Shown here in pieces: positions 63,375-64,000 of a stretch of 64,000 nucleotides of DNA (within the stretch, counting starts at the first letter, position 1; every line of letters begins with the position of its first letter). This stretch comes from a virus (taxonomy: Duplodnaviria; Caudoviricetes). Location of the stretch: the IMG/VR virus record IMGVR_UViG_3300031784_000003. The stretch is one strand, 5' to 3'. The translations under genes were made by a program, and so were the position numbers. The notes beneath the pieces are model-generated. The model was given only the letters and a program-made list of their open reading frames with translations. It did not search any database and was not told where the DNA came from.

Positions 63375-64000
63375 ATGGATAAAATGATGAGTGATTATGA
63401 AAGGACTAAGAATGTTATTCTTTCGTGTAACAATTTAGACCAATTAAAAGTTGCAGTTAAAATGTATAACCAATTAAATAAAAAACATTCATTATCGGAT
63501 GATAAATTAGATAAATTAGAAAATCTAATTGGGTTAATGAGGATTAAATTTGGGGAACAAAATGTCGATGAAGGTATTTCTAATATTGGTAAGGAATTTA
63601 ATAAGGCGGCAATGTCTACAGGTGTGCCAGAGTTAAAAAAAATTAGATTTAGTGAGTCAACTAAAAAACTTACCGAAAAAGATATTGCAGATTTACATAA
63701 TAAAGATATAAAAGATATTAAGAGAGAAATATCTATAGGTACTACTATTGAGATGGAACATACTGATGATAAAGAAGAGGCTAAAAAAATAGCGATGGAA
63801 CATATAAAAGAAGTTCCTGACTATTACACCGATTCTGAATATGGTATAATAGCGATAGAAGATAAACAAAAACAAAAAAGAAAAACTGTTAGAGTATCTA
63901 AAAAAGAAATGGATAGATTACATGATAAAGGTAAAATTACTGTAGATGGTGTTGAAATACGTTTTAATGAAAAAATAAATGAGGATTTGGATTTAAATGA
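63375..64000 (+). CDS. DUF5661-like domain protein, 3'-truncated by window edge (absent from the ORF track)
   Basis: Open from ATG 63375 to the window end; contains IEMEHTDDKEEAKKIAMEHIKEVPDYY. Confidence 0.7.
   Translation, partial: MDKMMSDYERTKNVILSCNNLDQLKVAVKMYNQLNKKHSLSDDKLDKLENLIGLMRIKFGEQNVDEGISNIGKEFNKAAMSTGVPELKKIRFSESTKKLTEKDIADLHNKDIKDIKREISIGTTIEMEHTDDKEEAKKIAMEHIKEVPDYYTDSEYGIIAIEDKQKQKRKTVRVSKKEMDRLHDKGKITVDGVEIRFNEKINEDLDLN

Noticed and set aside
3774-63875. The many 60-220 aa ORFs nested in or antisense to long genes (e.g. 3774-4061, 9998-10375, 24312-24968, 55254-55694)
   Set aside because: They are shadow frames of AT-rich coding sequence with no motifs, promoters or independent codon signal.
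1-64000. Alternative genetic code (TAG/TGA recoding) as in some large Bacteroidota phages
   Set aside because: Multi-kb ORFs are intact under code 11, and TAG and TGA end genes cleanly (e.g. 20725, 25569, 32076, 32965).
1-64000. tRNA genes, rRNA, CRISPR arrays, integrase/transposase, reverse transcriptase
   Set aside because: No cloverleaf or T-loop motifs, no regularly spaced repeat-spacer array and no such catalytic motifs seen; intergenic gaps are short and explained by terminators and promoters. This was a visual scan only.

Overview
This is a gene-dense, very AT-rich segment (roughly 27% GC by eye) of a large tailed-phage genome with a contractile-tail (myovirus/jumbo-type) architecture, using standard code 11. 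The host is very probably Bacteroidota, for four reasons: five exact TTTG-N19-TAnnTTTG promoters, almost no Shine-Dalgarno motifs, a Bacteroidota-type RpoD, and a flavobacterial surface-protein beta-propeller inside a structural gene. Gene order: tape measure 3' part, then baseplate hub module (1.8-11.4 kb), T4-like replication module (gp32-like SSB, RecA/UvsX, 5'-3' exonuclease, DnaB-like helicase, class II RNR; 13.5-20.4 kb), metalloprotease and an OmpA/Cys-repeat protein, a 26-kb baseplate wedge/fibre block with giant Cys-rich proteins (23.3-49.6 kb), RuvC, primase, an inverted 3-gene cassette, Cas4-like nuclease, SbcD/SbcC, sigma factor, a lysis-like cluster and putative head proteins. Four signals stand out. 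(1) Several 60-130 bp A-depleted, rare-codon, mostly Cys-bounded patches inside the giant baseplate/fibre genes look like diversity-generating-retroelement (DGR) variable regions, but they are unrelated to each other and no template or reverse transcriptase is in the window. (2) There is a two-tier promoter code (host-type versus TATTTAT), with both types in front of the phage sigma operon. (3) A family of unrelated cargo proteins shares N-terminal I/L-x-E leaders resembling capsid-targeting, protease-cleaved sequences. (4) Three peptidoglycan-related folds have lost their catalytic or binding residues. All product calls come from motif recognition by eye; no database search was run.
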